This document shows positions 31,733 through 44,300 of a stretch of 64,000 nucleotides of DNA, piece after piece. This DNA is from Octopus vulgaris (taxonomy: Eukaryota), in contig OX597832.1 of assembly GCA_951406725.2 (NCBI GenBank), forward strand, positions 1,488,001-1,552,000. The letters run 5' to 3'. The position numbers and the translations under genes are program-made. Under the pieces are notes generated by a model, which had not been told where the DNA came from, ran no database searches, and saw only the letters and a program-made list of their open reading frames with translations. Each line of letters opens with the position of its first letter. The first letter of the stretch is position 1.

Positions 31733-31819
31733 TATTACACACTGAAGTCGTCATAACTTTGCGTTGGACAATTCAGAACGTTACGGATTTTATAAGGTGA
31801 GGTCATTTTTCATACAGTA

Positions 31820-31876
31820 ATACTTGCTGAGGAGAGTTAAGGCAGTGGCCAGAACTCGAAATCATGATCTAAGTAT
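31820..31876 (+). ncRNA. Type I hammerhead ribozyme, intact core and stems
   Basis: AUACUUG CUGAGGA GAGUU..AACUC GAAAUCAUGAUC^UAAGUAU; 7-bp stem I, 5-bp stem II, palindromic stem III; predicted cut after 31869. Confidence 0.85.
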
Positions 31877-32198
31877 ATCCGATTCTTCATTCTACACCTT
31901 CGATCTGTGATGATCTTGATCATCTTTACTTACTTGCCCGATTTCTGTTGATCGGTTGTGTAATTCGGTTGTTTACTTTAGGATTTAGCTCCTCTTTCTA
32001 GCAAGTAGGCACCTCGTGTGCCCTCTATTGTAATTATAGTTAATTATAATTATAAATTTTTTTCTCTAGCTATTTAACGCTATTATTACTTGTTACCACC
32101 TATAGTTTTGTTGTTATTGTTATCAATTATTTAAATTTACCGCTGATAATGATAAAAATATCTATATAAATATTCATTTGAATATTATTTACTCCTTG

Positions 32199-32283
<85 letters not shown>

Positions 32284-32339
32284 ACACAAGATTAATAATC
32301 GGTAGAAGTTGCAGAGTAACTCAAGGGACAAGAGTCACT

Positions 32340-32480
32340 TACGAATACTAGAGTCACTACGCTTCGCCAAAGTTCCAACTACTATAATCAATACCATTAA
32401 GAGACTGACAACGAAATGGTGCATAGAGCTCTCGATAAGAACTCAAGCTACTACTAATGTCAGTAACAGAATTATCAAGA
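32340..32480 (+). mobile_element. Short R4-clade RT fragment
   Basis: ILESLRFAKVPTTIINTIKRLTTKW resembles the segment after KKAFDS..HSW. Confidence 0.55.
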
Positions 32481-33016
32481 GTAATATTTTATGCTAACAT
32501 ATTATTTGTGATGCTTTTCACCCTAGCAGGAAGCCCCTTTCCAACCCTATTAAAAATGCAAAGGCTTCATGATAGGACCTACAGAAGAGAATAAGATTAA
32601 TGTCACCTACACTTTTTTTGTCATGAAGCCTCTTTAGTTGCATTCGTGTAATATTCACAACACTAACAGATTGTGAAAATGGAGCGTCGGCAAGATAAGT
32701 GTTCATATTTCGCAGTGAATAAAGGAGAAACTGTCAATCAGGTAAGAACTATAGATATAAATTACCTTCTGCCTTCCCATCTCTAATGATGAATGTCACA
32801 AATTCCCTGGAACTGAGAGAATATTTCATCTTGTATAAATTTCTCGGCAACACGCAGAGACATTTGATATGGCAGTAGAAACTTTTGCACTTCGTTCAAA
32901 ATTTGAATCTTGCGCTGGAAAAATTGCAGTTCACCATTCAAAAGTGAGCTGAAGAATAAAACTCGTAAACCCAGATTCTCGGAATGCGGATCCTCTTAAA
33001 GTGAGGTTATACTGTG

Positions 33017-33069
<53 letters not shown>

Positions 33070-33070
<1 letters not shown>

Positions 33071-34012
33071 GTATATATAAATCACAGTATGTGTATGTAT
33101 ATTGACTAACGCATGCATTTCCACAATTCTCAACCGATTTTCACCAAAATTTACACACACATTACTTATATTACAAGGATGGTCATGCACTATAACATTT
33201 CACCAAGAGCTCCCGCTTAAAATCCGGGAAAAACTGGTTTACATGGGTTTTACTCTAGTTCGTTGTATGTACATAGTTTTTTTTTAATGTAGGGTCTTCC
33301 ATACTTTTTAAATCTATATGGTCGTATATTGGCATTAGAAAATTTTTTTTAGTAGTTTTCACATTATTTATTTATCATTTATTAATATGTTGCAATTATG
33401 TATTATTACTTTCTATATTTTTATATGTGTATTGGCGTGTATTTTGTGATTAAGTGTTTTGGTTAGAGAATATTATAAAAGTGAAAGGATTTTGTCAATT
33501 CATCAATTTTGACTCTTTTCTATACTTTTAAATCTATATGGTCGTATAGATTTTAAATCTATATGGTCGTATTACAGAGTATGTTTTTTTAGTTGTTTTC
33601 ACATTGTTTTGATTTATTATTTGTCTGCCTTACAACGCGACATCTTTTCACTGCAAATTGCTAATGATTAAAAGCAGTATTCGTGAACTTAAGTTAAACT
33701 CCTCATGTCTTCATTTTTCGTTACCTGAAGAGAGGAAGTTTCAACGTCTTCCTTCAAATTCCTTACACCGTTTATGTGGCTGTTTCTGTTCAGTAGCTCT
33801 ACTTTGCATCGCTTACAGACTTATATGTTCTCTGATCATTAAAGTGTAACGATCTCCACAATAACCAGCCCTCAATTTGGTTTTCCGTTCCTAGGTTAAT
33901 CAGAAACATAGATTGCCGTGCTACTCATATACCTTATCTGCAGGTCAATCATTTGGTGAAAAAATACCATCAAAACAATTTAAACCGCTCAAAGAATGGC
34001 TGCGTTTGCTAG
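33070..34012 (+). mobile_element. Non-autonomous Helitron-like element
   Basis: 5' CCGATTTTCACCAAAATTT motif; internal direct repeats; degenerate subterminal hairpin then CTAG|T at 34009-34012. Confidence 0.5.
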
Positions 34013-34089
34013 TATGTATGTATGTATGTATATAATGTGACCTCGTGTGTACCGTTGGCGATTTTTTTTCCTGTCTTCCCTTCTCCTAT

Positions 34090-34124
34090 GTTTCCGACGA
34101 AGAGCTCCGTTCGAAACGTTAAAC
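34090..34124 (+). ncRNA. Minimal hammerhead motif (U4C lesion) in a ~180-bp repeat shared with 61952-62135
   Basis: GUUU CCGACGA A GAGC UCC GUUC GAAAC GUU^AAAC. Confidence 0.7.
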
Positions 34125-34210
34125 CCTCCTTCTTTCCTTCTTTCCTGAACGTCCAATAATACTATATTTGTTCCACGTCCTCGCGTTGTTGTGTTTTCTT
34201 GTTTGGATTA

Positions 34211-34318
<108 letters not shown>

Positions 34319-34501
34319 CATCAAGTACGGGACATTACCAACGATTGAAAAATACGTAAATACATAATGAGAGACAAGTACGTGACAAAATACCAAAAGA
34401 AGTCTAACCTCTCCTCAGTTGTTGACTGTTAATTACTCCCTATTTCGAGCTTTCAACAACAAAGTATGAAAACTTCATACATATATACATACATACATAC
34501 A

Positions 34502-34548
<47 letters not shown>

Positions 34549-34557
34549 GTATGTATA

Positions 34558-34681
34558 CTAGCAGTATAGCCCGGCTTTGCCCGGGATTAAGTTAGCATTT
34601 TTTAGCTGATCAAGTTTTTTTATTTCTAACGAAACTAAGTAACATCGACATCAAATTTTGGCGAAATCCGTTGAAATTGAG

Positions 34682-34741
<60 letters not shown>

Positions 34742-34745
34742 CGTT
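34558..34745 (-). mobile_element. Helitron-like element with canonical 3' end
   Basis: Minus strand CCCGG-GCAAAG-CCGGG hairpin, 8 nt, then CTAG|T; body related to 33130-33155 in the opposite orientation. The 5' end is uncertain. Confidence 0.7.
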
Positions 34746-35063
34746 CAAAAGTTCTTGCAAAAATAAGTTGATACAGTCACAATATTTGAATAAAGATTTC
34801 CTTAAAGCAATAATATTAACTATTTAAAATTCTTAGGAAAACAGAATGACGCGTAACTTTCTGAAGGAAGTTTTTATATTGAGGGTAAGCGTTTTCGCTG
34901 TAAAGTTTCTCAAACACGCGTTATGGTGTGTTTGAAAAACTCAATAAAGAAGGTATTTACACATAATGCAAAAACTTCCAAATGGTTCGTGTCATTTTGC
35001 TTTTCTAAGATTTTTATATATGCTTAACTTTCTTCAAGAAAATATTTATTCAAACACACACAT

Positions 35064-35141
<78 letters not shown>

Positions 35142-35716
35142 ACGCACACACACACACACACACACTTCTACAAACAATTTAACTCTAAAGGAGAAATACG
35201 GTCGAAATAGATGGAGATTGAACGAAGAACCCTTGATTGCTTCCGAATAATATGTTTAAAATATTGTTCGGCAGTGATTGTTCCAAAATATGAATTATTG
35301 TTTTCGACTTTACCTTTTATACTTTTTGGGTCGATGAAATAAATACCATAGAAGCACTGGGGTCGATGAAATAAGTACCATGGAAGCACTGGGGTCGATG
35401 TAATCGCTGCCCTTGAGGCAAAATTTGAAACCATTATTATTATCATTATTATTGTGCATTTGTGTTCGCGCGCGCGTTCGTGTGTGTGATATAACGACAA
35501 TATGAACAAAGCAGATAATATAAATAAAAGTTTCTCATAAGTTTGATCGACCAACGCTTTTTTATCGTTATTATTTTCGTCCATTACAGCGAATTCCATT
35601 GACTTTGGAGAGTAGTCCTCTCAACAGGTGACGCGGCGCTTGCAACTTCTCTCTGTTCACTGTTATTCCTGTCCTTGTGGAAACATCATGGTGTAGTGAA
35701 GATTCTTCTGACTTAC

Positions 35717-35981
35717 TAATAAGGTTGCCCTACACTAAAGAACCTGCTACACAGATGATCCGCGACAATGGTTATCTTAGGTCTCAATGTCAATTTTTCT
35801 ATCATAGGGAAATGTTGTTGGTACCTTGTGGATGATGACTGTCAGATGGGTCCTAATATACTGGATTCTGGTTGTCCACGGCAGTAGAATGCATCTCTCA
35901 CTGTCGCAATAATTTTGTCCCGTGGACCAAGATGCTAAAAGGGGGGATTGGTATGGATCTGATTAAACTATCGATCACCAT
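35717..35981 (-). pseudogene. Exon 4: (D)GDR*FNQIHTNPPF*HLGPRDKIIATVRDAFYCRGQP/YIRTHLTVIIHKVPTTFPYDRKIDIET*DNHCRGSSV*QVL*CRATLL
   Basis: Acceptor ctcaattcttttAG, donor GTAAGT; phase 1 in, phase 0 out after correcting one frameshift. Confidence 0.65.
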
Positions 35982-36240
35982 CTAAAAGAATTGAGATAGA
36001 GTTTTTCCTGTTTTTTTATTTTACTTATTTCTTTGCAGAAAATACCGTAGCTTTTCAATATCTTCATATTTAACTCTGACATATCATTCCACGAATTCCG
36101 TAGATGCAAGACCAATCTCACTCATTCTAAAAAATTCTTTATAATAACTTGTAGAATCACCGTCTTCCGTATGGTTTTCAACAACTTTGTGTAATTTATA
36201 TATGTATTACTGGAGTGAAATTGAGGTCAACATCACATAC

Positions 36241-36419
36241 CTATAAATAACAACACGCCCACCTCTCACAGATCACAAACTAACAAAAGTTTACTTCAAT
36301 CAGTTCACTACGAGGATGACCAAATGGATGGAGCCTGATGAAGCTGCACCGACAATATCACAAGGGTGCATTTGCAACAGTGCGTAGCAGCGGAAATGCA
36401 TATATGTCATAATAATATG
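36241..36419 (-). pseudogene. Exon 3: YYYDIYAFPLLRTVANAPL*YCRCSFIRLHPFGHPRSELIEVNFC/CDL*EVGVLLFI
   Basis: Donor AG|GTATGT in phase 1 joins exon 4 as LLFI-D-GDR; acceptor apparently mutated (tatacAA). Confidence 0.55.
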
Positions 36420-36635
36420 TTGTATATAACAGTAAAATGAAATTTAAGGATGTACTCTTTATTATCATTAATATTAATAAAAACTCCAGACAATTTTTAC
36501 TGTCCAACGAAGAGAGGGATTCACGGAGTGACTAACAACTAAGTGTAGTCACAGGCGTTAGATACTGGTCGTTGTGGTTAGCCCTTAACTAGAACTTAAC
36601 TGATGGATAATCTGCATGGATAATCTATCCCACCT

Positions 36636-36990
36636 ATGGCTGAGTGATAAGAAGCTTACTTCCCAACAACATGGTTCCGGGTTCAGTTCCACTGCGTGAT
36701 ACCTAGGGCAAATGTCTTCTACTTTAGCCTTGGGCCGACCAAAGCCTTGTGAGGGAATTTGGTTGAGGGAATCTGAAAGAAGCCTGTCGTATATATATCT
36801 TTCTATATATCTGTATATGTATGATTTTGTGTCACGGATTGTCTGCCAGTACTGCTTGACGACCAGTGTCGGTGTGTTTACGTCCCCGTCACTTACCGGT
36901 TCGGCAAAAGAGACCGATAGAATAACTTCCACACTTAACAAAAGTACGTACAGGTGTCGATTCATTTAGTAAAAGTTGAAAGTGAGAGAA
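36636..36990 (+). mobile_element. SINE family A
   Basis: Matches the copies at 56461 and 63284. Confidence 0.88.
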
Positions 36991-37291
36991 GATTATATAT
37001 ATATATATAAAGTCAGCCTTTCGTACATACAGAATTACACTGCCAGTATACCGTTTCGTAATACAAAACATTTGGGTGGATGGAATATATATATAACAAC
37101 AAATGATGTGTACAAAGGAAATCATATCTTTATTTTAGATCTCACCTTAAAAATCCAACAATTGTTTCAATTTACTGGTCTCTGATTGTTGGAAAATTTA
37201 TCCATATTCTTTTATATTGAGTGCTTAATTTGTATCTGCCAGGATTTTTTAATTCCCATTTTTTCTTAAATATATATATGTATATATATAT

Positions 37292-37351
<60 letters not shown>

Positions 37352-37709
37352 GCACACACATATGTATATATAAAGGCTTTTCATCATTTTTTCGGTGTAC
37401 AAAGAAATGGTTAAATTTTCTCTATTTATATATCTACTGCATAGGTTACATATATATGTGGATTGAGATTCCCGTTGATAGGCCCCGGATATTAAATAAA
37501 GTGTTTAAATACATGTAATATGTTAATTAGTCGCTCTAGTTCTCTAAGTTACTAAATTTGTTGTTTGTATAAACAGATTGACTACTTGTTTGTCTGAGAT
37601 CGATTAAGTGATACAGACACCTTTAACAAGAATCTAATAACGTTCGAAAACCGATTATTACTGTTCTTAATTTTGTTCTAATGTACGGAGAAATAGTTAA
37701 ATTTTCCCT

Positions 37710-37796
<87 letters not shown>

Positions 37797-37803
37797 ATCG
37801 TAA

Positions 37804-37863
37804 CTAATCCTTTCAGACGCGTCCACCAAGAATGTATCTGGTGGACGCGTCTGAAAGGATTAG
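37804..37863. repeat. Perfect hairpin, 25-bp arms, 10-nt loop
   Basis: CTAATCCTTTCAGACGCGTCCACCA / TGGTGGACGCGTCTGAAAGGATTAG, next to (TATC)n. Confidence 0.95.
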
Positions 37864-38351
37864 AGACAAACACTTTCCTCTCTGGTCAATCTCTCATCAT
37901 CTTCAAGAATCACTTGAAAAGGAAGGTGAGAGTAGAGAGGGAAGTTTTGCCTTGCGAATGTTTCAAAAAAAGATGGGTGAATGTAACAAGGATGGCACGT
38001 ATGAACGACGAAGCCACCTTGAGCATGATCCTATGAACCCGTAAAAATTTAAAGCAGAGAGTTACTTGCAAATAAATGTGTTAACATGTGACATTATTGA
38101 CCGAGGTTACCGTGGGCTTTTCAGTAGGCTTTTCTTTCCACGGATAAACCTTATCTGTTTCCCCCTTTACACTTTACATCAGGACATTTCTGTGATACAC
38201 GATCCTTGTTGATCGTTTTTTCTTTCTTTTTTACGATCCCTTTTGATCGAAAGCCTACCCCACTTCTTTCTTTTTTTCTCCCCAAAAAGAAAAGCTCTAC
38301 TTTGGAATTTGTCCCCTCTGTGTTCAGCCTTGTGTGGCTAATAAAGAAACA

Positions 38352-38404
<53 letters not shown>

Positions 38405-38406
<2 letters not shown>

Positions 38407-39857
38407 TCCCGTCTGTCTTGATAGACAATGGGTCGCGCCAAGGGTGGGGCCTACTTTGATGATGAGCAGCGTCTGCTGTGACTGAACAGTCCAATTCTAG
38501 AGTGGCAGTCCCTTGTACAGTTGCTGCACACGAACATCGATGGGTACGTGTGGGGTGTTGCTGCAGTTGTCCTCCTCCTGTCCCGCCTGTCCGACCACAG
38601 CTGTGCTCTCCTTTCCTCAGCCATGGAAACGCCTTTCCTCACTGTCCGACGCCAGGCAGAGCGGTCAGCAGCTGTTACCTCCCACGTGTCCACACAGATG
38701 TTGGCAGTCCTCAGGTCGCGCTTGCACACATCCCTGTATCGTAGCTGTGGACGTCCCTTGGGTCGGGATCCCGTGGTGAGTTCGCTGTACAGGATATCTT
38801 TAGGCATGCAACCGTCCTGCATGCGGCAGACGTGTCCGAGCCAGCGCAGTCGTCTCCGCACGAGGAGGGCATGCATGCTTGGCATATTAGTCTGTTCTAG
38901 GATGACTCCGTTTGGTACTCAGTCCTTCCAGGAGATGCCAAGGATCCGTCGAAGACACCGCATGTGGAAGCCGCTGAGGCGGCATTCTTGCCGGGTGTAT
39001 GTTGTCCAGCTCTCGCTGCCGTAGAGTAGGGTGCTCAGCACGCAGGCTCGGTACACTGCGATCTTGGTGGTTATTGTGAGCATGTTGTTTTCCCACCCTC
39101 TCCTGGAGAGCTTAGCCATGGCAGCAGCAGCCTTCCCAATCCGTCTGTTCAGCTCCGGCTCGAGGGACAGGCTGCTGGAGACCGTCGATCCCAGGTAAGT
39201 GAACTCGTTCACCACCTGCAAGCTATGGTCGCCGACACTGATGCTGGGGACCCCTCCGACGTCCTGGCCCATGATCTCTGTCTTTTTCAGGCCGATGGTA
39301 AGGCCGAACTCTTGGCAGGCATCCGCCAGGGAGCTGACCAGCCTCTGGAGACCCGGCTGGTTGTGTGATGTTAGGGCGGCATCGTCAGCAAAGAGGATCT
39401 CTCTGATCAGCACCTGACGGACTTTGGTCTTAGCTCTGAGGCGCGCAAGATTGAACAATCCACCATCAGCCCTGGTGTGGAGGAACACTCCGTCGTCGGA
39501 CGTTCTGAAGACATAGGACAGGACAAGGGAGAAGAAAATTCCGAAGAGCGTCGGCGCCAGAACGCATCCTTGTTTCACTCCACTCTGGATGGGGAACGAC
39601 TCTGAGGGTGATCCGTCAAACTGCACTGTTCCCTGCATACCGTCGTGAAAGGAGGTGATGAGTTTCAGCAGTCTGGGAGGGCAACCTATCCTACCCAGGG
39701 GTGCAAACAGCCCCTCCCTGCTGACTGAGTCGAACGCCTTAGCCAGGTCGATGAAGGCCACGTATAGGGGCTGTCTCTGTTCTCGACTCTTTTCTTGAAG
39801 CTGCCTGAGTGAGAAGATCATGTCGATTGTAGACCTCTCTGCCCTAAAGCCAGACTG
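38405..39857 (-). mobile_element. RTE/BovB-type LINE, 5'-truncated, near-intact RT
   Basis: QSGFRAERSTIDMIF, FIDLAKAFDSV, GVKQGCVLAP, LFADD, FTYLGS, RRLRWLGHV, C-terminal CSNCTRDCHSRIGLFSH; one in-frame TGA at 38919-38921; 3' end abuts (TA)n. Confidence 0.95.
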
Positions 39858-41846
39858 TTTTAACTGTGTTCATTGTGTTAGATCATAAATAGGAGAGGCT
39901 GTGTGAATCACCCCGACAACTCTTGTTATGCCTGTGGTAAATTTGCTCCGCGTGACCAGTGGAGGAATATTGCCACCAAGTTAAAAATTGCCTATAAATA
40001 TTATTTCGGGTGTAAAGTTGGGGGCCAAGACAAGAGGTGGGCACCTCATATATACTGCACCGTGCGTTACTCAGGGCTTACACAATGGCTGAATGGAAAA
40101 CGGAAAAGAATGCTTTTTGCTGTATCAGTGGTATGGCGTGAGCCAACCAATCATGTCTCTGATTGTTACTTTTGCATGACATAATAGTGGTTTCTCAAAG
40201 AAGACCAAAGTAAATTGTGCCTGCAGATTGCAAGTCGGCTCTAAAACAGGTCCCATATGAATTCAAGAACCCTGTCCCAGTTCCCCTCTCACATGCTTCA
40301 CTTGAAAATCTTGACACGTTGCACGATGAGCCCCCTGACTCTCCTATCGATGGAGAGTACGTAGGTGATTCTAAGAAAAATGAGCCAGGCTAGTTTAATA
40401 AAGAAGATTTGAACGATTTAGTAAGAGACCTAGCATTATGAAAGGAGAGGGCAGAAGTTTTGAGATCCAAACTACAACAACGGAATCTCATGCAGTAAGG
40501 GACGAAAGTTTCCATTTTCCGTTCTCGCCATAAAGGCTTATCTGTCTTTTTCAAGCAAGAAAATAATGCTTGTTTCTGTACTGACGTTAATGCACTCATG
40601 TAAAAACTAGGACACGTGTGTGTGGCTAACAAATGGAGATTGTTTATAAGGTTAGCCTCAAAGCTGTGTTGTCACATAATGGTAATGAAAAACGTGTAGG
40701 TTATGTTGTCGATATGGAAGAAACTTAAGAATCGATGGAACTCTTTCTGAAAGGAGTTAATTACTTAGTTCACTAGTGGAATATTTGGCGGGATTTAAAG
40801 GTGATTTCCCTCCTCCTAGGACTGCAGCTGGGATAGACAAAAAATATGCGTTTCTTATGTGTTTGGAACAGCGGCGACGATAGCAATCATTACACTGTAA
40901 AAGACTGGTCTAAAAGAGATGAGCACATAGTTGGTTGGTAAAATGTGCAGCATATGCCACTGGTAGACCCGTAAAAGATTTTCTTTCCACCCCTTCACAT
41001 CAAACTCAGCCTCATGAAAAACTTCGTAAAAGAAATAACACACGATGGTTGTGGCTGCCAGTACCTAAAAGTAAAATTTGGTGCAGAGATGACACAAAAC
41101 TGAAAGCAAGCATTTTTTTTTGGCCCCGAGATCAGAGAATTGATATCTGATAGCAAATTCAGAGGTAAACTGAATCCATTTGAGCTGGCGGCATGGGATT
41201 CATTCATGTTAGTTGTACAGAACTTCCTTCGAAATTATAGAGCTGAAAACTATGCTGATTTAATAATCAACATGCTAACAACGTATGAAAGAATGGGATG
41301 CCGAATATCCCTTAGAATGCACTTCTTGCATTCTCATCTCGTTTTTTTTCCAATGAATCTTGGTGCCCTTAGTGATGAGCATGGTGAGAGGCTCTACCAA
41401 GACATATCTGAAATGGAAATGAGGTATCGAGGCTAGTTCAATCCACACATGATGGGTGACTACTGCTGGTTCCTACAACGGGAGACCAGCACGATGCATA
41501 AGCGCAAGAACAAATGTCTCAAATGTTTCTGAACAAAGCATATCAAAAATAAAGTGAGTATTCCCTTAACATAGATATACTATGTATTATTATATTATAA
41601 TACTGTTTACCTTGAACATAAATTTACTATATACAGTATTAATATACTATTATAATAATTATTTACCTTGAACTTAACTATTTCTGATTCTAATATAGTA
41701 TTAATATATAATTATGCGCATAGCTCGAAATCCTGACGTGCTACAGCAATTCTGAGTTCAGATTTGGAATCAGCGTACTCGATCTAGCTTAGTATATCAC
41801 CATTTCTCTGGGTAGCAGACAATAAATCTTTTTTTGTTGCCCTGTG
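39858..41846 (+). mobile_element. Chapaev3 (CMC) DNA transposon, decayed, left end missing
   Basis: NHPDNSCYACG, DQDKRWAPH, VWREPTNHVSDCYFC, DLKVISLLLGLQLG, PLHIKL, HFLHSHL, SDEHGERLYQDI; right end ..GTTGCCCTGTG|TAA. Confidence 0.88.
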
Positions 41847-42202
41847 TAATAATTGGTACATTTAGTTTTGTGATTAAATGTCTGACAGTATGGATAAGCT
41901 TGGATTTTCAGAAAAAGAAATCAACCATCTTAATTGCACGTTACAAATATAATCTGTAAGTGGAACAGTAAAAATGTGCAAAACTTTTCTCAAGTTTGAA
42001 ATGTGACATATATATATACTCTACGGCTTCAAACGACAGTCGCTCCTCGATGCTATCACAATCGATAGATAACTATTCTCACAGACATTTATATCTGAAA
42101 GTAGATATGAAGAAGTAAAATCCGTTGTAAAGTAATCATTTCATACCGAAAAGACATTACTTTTTCAGTTAACAAATGATTAAGAAATAAAACATGAACA
42201 GC

Positions 42203-42452
42203 TAGCAGAGCGTTGTTGAAGGCTATTTCTGACTTCGACTTTCACTAGGAACGCCGGTGTCCTAAAATCAGGAAAGGTAATCTACACAAAGATATCGAGC
42301 ACTATAGATCAAATGCACATGATGTATAGCTGCCATCAATGAAACTGTCTACAAGAACAATCTTTGTAGAGAATAGCCAGTCTACAGCAAGGTCGCTGAT
42401 ACCTTGGCAACCATTCTACCTTCATTGTATTCTACAGATCTCTTTCCAAACT
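42203..42452 (-). pseudogene. Exon 2: VWKEICRIQ*R*NGCQG/YQRPCCRLAILYKDCSCRQFH*WQLYIMCI*SIVLDIFV*ITFPDFRTPAFLVKVEVRNSLQQRSA
   Basis: Acceptor ttcattcctctAG in phase 2 matches exon 1; donor poor (GC), so the end is approximate; one frameshift. Confidence 0.5.
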
Positions 42453-42844
42453 CTAGAGGAATGAAGTCACATAAAACATGTCCAGTGCAATGGGTCAAAT
42501 GAGAATAAACAGTATAGTAAAATAAAATATTGAGACAAAGCATGCCAACATATCTATTGGCAAAAATATTGAGCAAATAATTAATATTCTTATTGATAAG
42601 GAAGGTAGAAACTATTTCTTTTAAGATATATGTTGTGTTTGTGTTTTGCGTAATCGATTGAAAAAAGACATTTTAATAGAAATTGGATTTTGTATTTTTA
42701 TCTAAAATATTGAGCAATTACAGCTTCTACCTGCTTTAACAAAGGACTCTCTCTCACTCTCTCTCTCTCTATCTATTTATCTATCAGTCTGTCTCTCTGT
42801 CCGTTCATCCGCCCGTCCGTCACAAAACCAAGTGCACCAATTCT

Positions 42845-43060
42845 TTTATTTTTTTACTTGTTTTACTTGTTTTAGTCATGAGTATGGCCATTCTGGAGCA
42901 CCACCTTGAAAAGTTTTAGTCGAACAAATCGACCCCAGGACTTATTATTTATAACCTAATGCTTATTCTGTCGGACTCTATCACCGAACCGCTAATTTAT
43001 AGGGACGTAAACACACAAACATCGGTTGCCAAGCAGTGATGGAGACAAACACACACATAC
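42845..43060 (-). mobile_element. SINE family A, 3' half
   Basis: Reverse complement of the family A tail and body. Confidence 0.85.
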
Positions 43061-43083
43061 ACACACACACGTACGCGCGCACG

Positions 43084-43116
<33 letters not shown>

Positions 43117-43521
43117 GCGAGGGTATCATCAATAACTGACCTTGAACTCTGCTGTGCATGTGCACTAAGTTTTAGCGTTCTAGCTCACTTCCACTGTTTA
43201 CAGCAGCGCGTGGAAGGAAGATGTTTAGCGTGAAATCGTTGCATTGACCATGACAGAGAATCTGCATCAAATCTTACCAAAAACTTGGCCATTCCTGCTC
43301 AGAGACCTACGCAATCTAGACACAATCAAGGAGATCTTGAGCAACTGAAACCCGAGTGTATTTTTGTCACTTTCTTTCCAAGCACTGCTATAAACAGCGA
43401 AAGTTAACACTGAGTACGCATGCGCAACAGAGTTCAAAGTTAATCTGCGCCGGGTGGCTTCACTCTGCGTCCTTTAGCTTGTTACTATGGCAACAGTCCT
43501 GATACTCATTGAGCAAACCGC
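43117..43521 (+). mobile_element. Mariner-derived MITE
   Basis: Degenerate CGAGGGT..ATCAATAA / ATTGAGCAAACCGCG ends; internal IR TTGAACTCTG/CAGAGTTCAA; short MTE..ICIK..QKLGHSCSETY transposase start. Confidence 0.7.
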
Positions 43522-43558
43522 GCGTGTGTGTGTGTGTTATATATTTATATATATACAT

Positions 43559-43603
<45 letters not shown>

Positions 43604-44109
43604 AATAATCAAGATTCAGTTGAATTAGGTACCTAAATTGAGGTACTAAGTCAGTCCGGTATTATTTGCACAGCTCGAATTAAGGTGAATAAAATCAAAA
43701 TAAGTAACAGGATATCAAGTATTAGTGCACTACGACCGTTTCAAGCGGTATATTGTTAATTTTTTATATAGTATGGAATTTCTTTATATTTTGCATTCCT
43801 ATTTACCTTCGCATATACTGATATAACATTCCATGAGTCACGGAGTATGTTACATCTTCTTTCCACACAAATGCATGATAAGATGTGGCGCAATATGGTT
43901 CTATCATTGGTATTTTTCAGTTACTTATAATTACAACGAAACTGTCCTGTTCTTGTTACCACTTTTACCCCTCCGCAAAAAATCCCAAATTTCATTTAAT
44001 TTGCTTTGCGGGAAGGATTGTTTCAACGAAGTCGCGTCTTGTCCTTACTTTCGTAACGCGGAGTAGACGAAAGAGGGACAACTGAAGAAGGGGAATATTT
44101 CTTGTGTTG

Positions 44110-44300
44110 TATGTCTTCTGCTATAGCCCCGGGCCGACCAATGCCTTGTGAGTGGATTTGGTAGACGGAAACTGAAAGAAGCCTGTCGTATATATGTATA
44201 TATATATATATGTATGTGTGTTTGTGTGTCTGTGTTTGTCCCCCTAGCATTGCTTGACAACCGATGCTGGTGTGTTTACGTCCCCGTCACTTAGCGGTTC
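44110..44300 (+). mobile_element. SINE family A, internal fragment
   Basis: GCCTTGTGAGTGGATTTGGTAGACGGAAACTGAAAGAAGCC. Confidence 0.88.

Noticed and set aside
32766-32949. Extra minus-strand exon (AG...GTAATT) of the pseudogene
   Set aside because: No convincing frame, and exons 4 and 5 already join in phase without it. It cannot be excluded without a homolog.
35717-35981. Premature stops rescued by cephalopod A-to-I editing (UAG/UGA to UGG)
   Set aside because: Any UAG or UGA is one edit from Trp, so this is uninformative; frameshifts and damaged splice sites cannot be repaired by editing.
36331-36410. CUGAUGA-A-GCUGC...GCAGC-GGAAAU..GUC on the plus strand as a hammerhead
   Set aside because: Stem I does not pair and stem III is poor; the stretch is the antisense of pseudogene exon 3.
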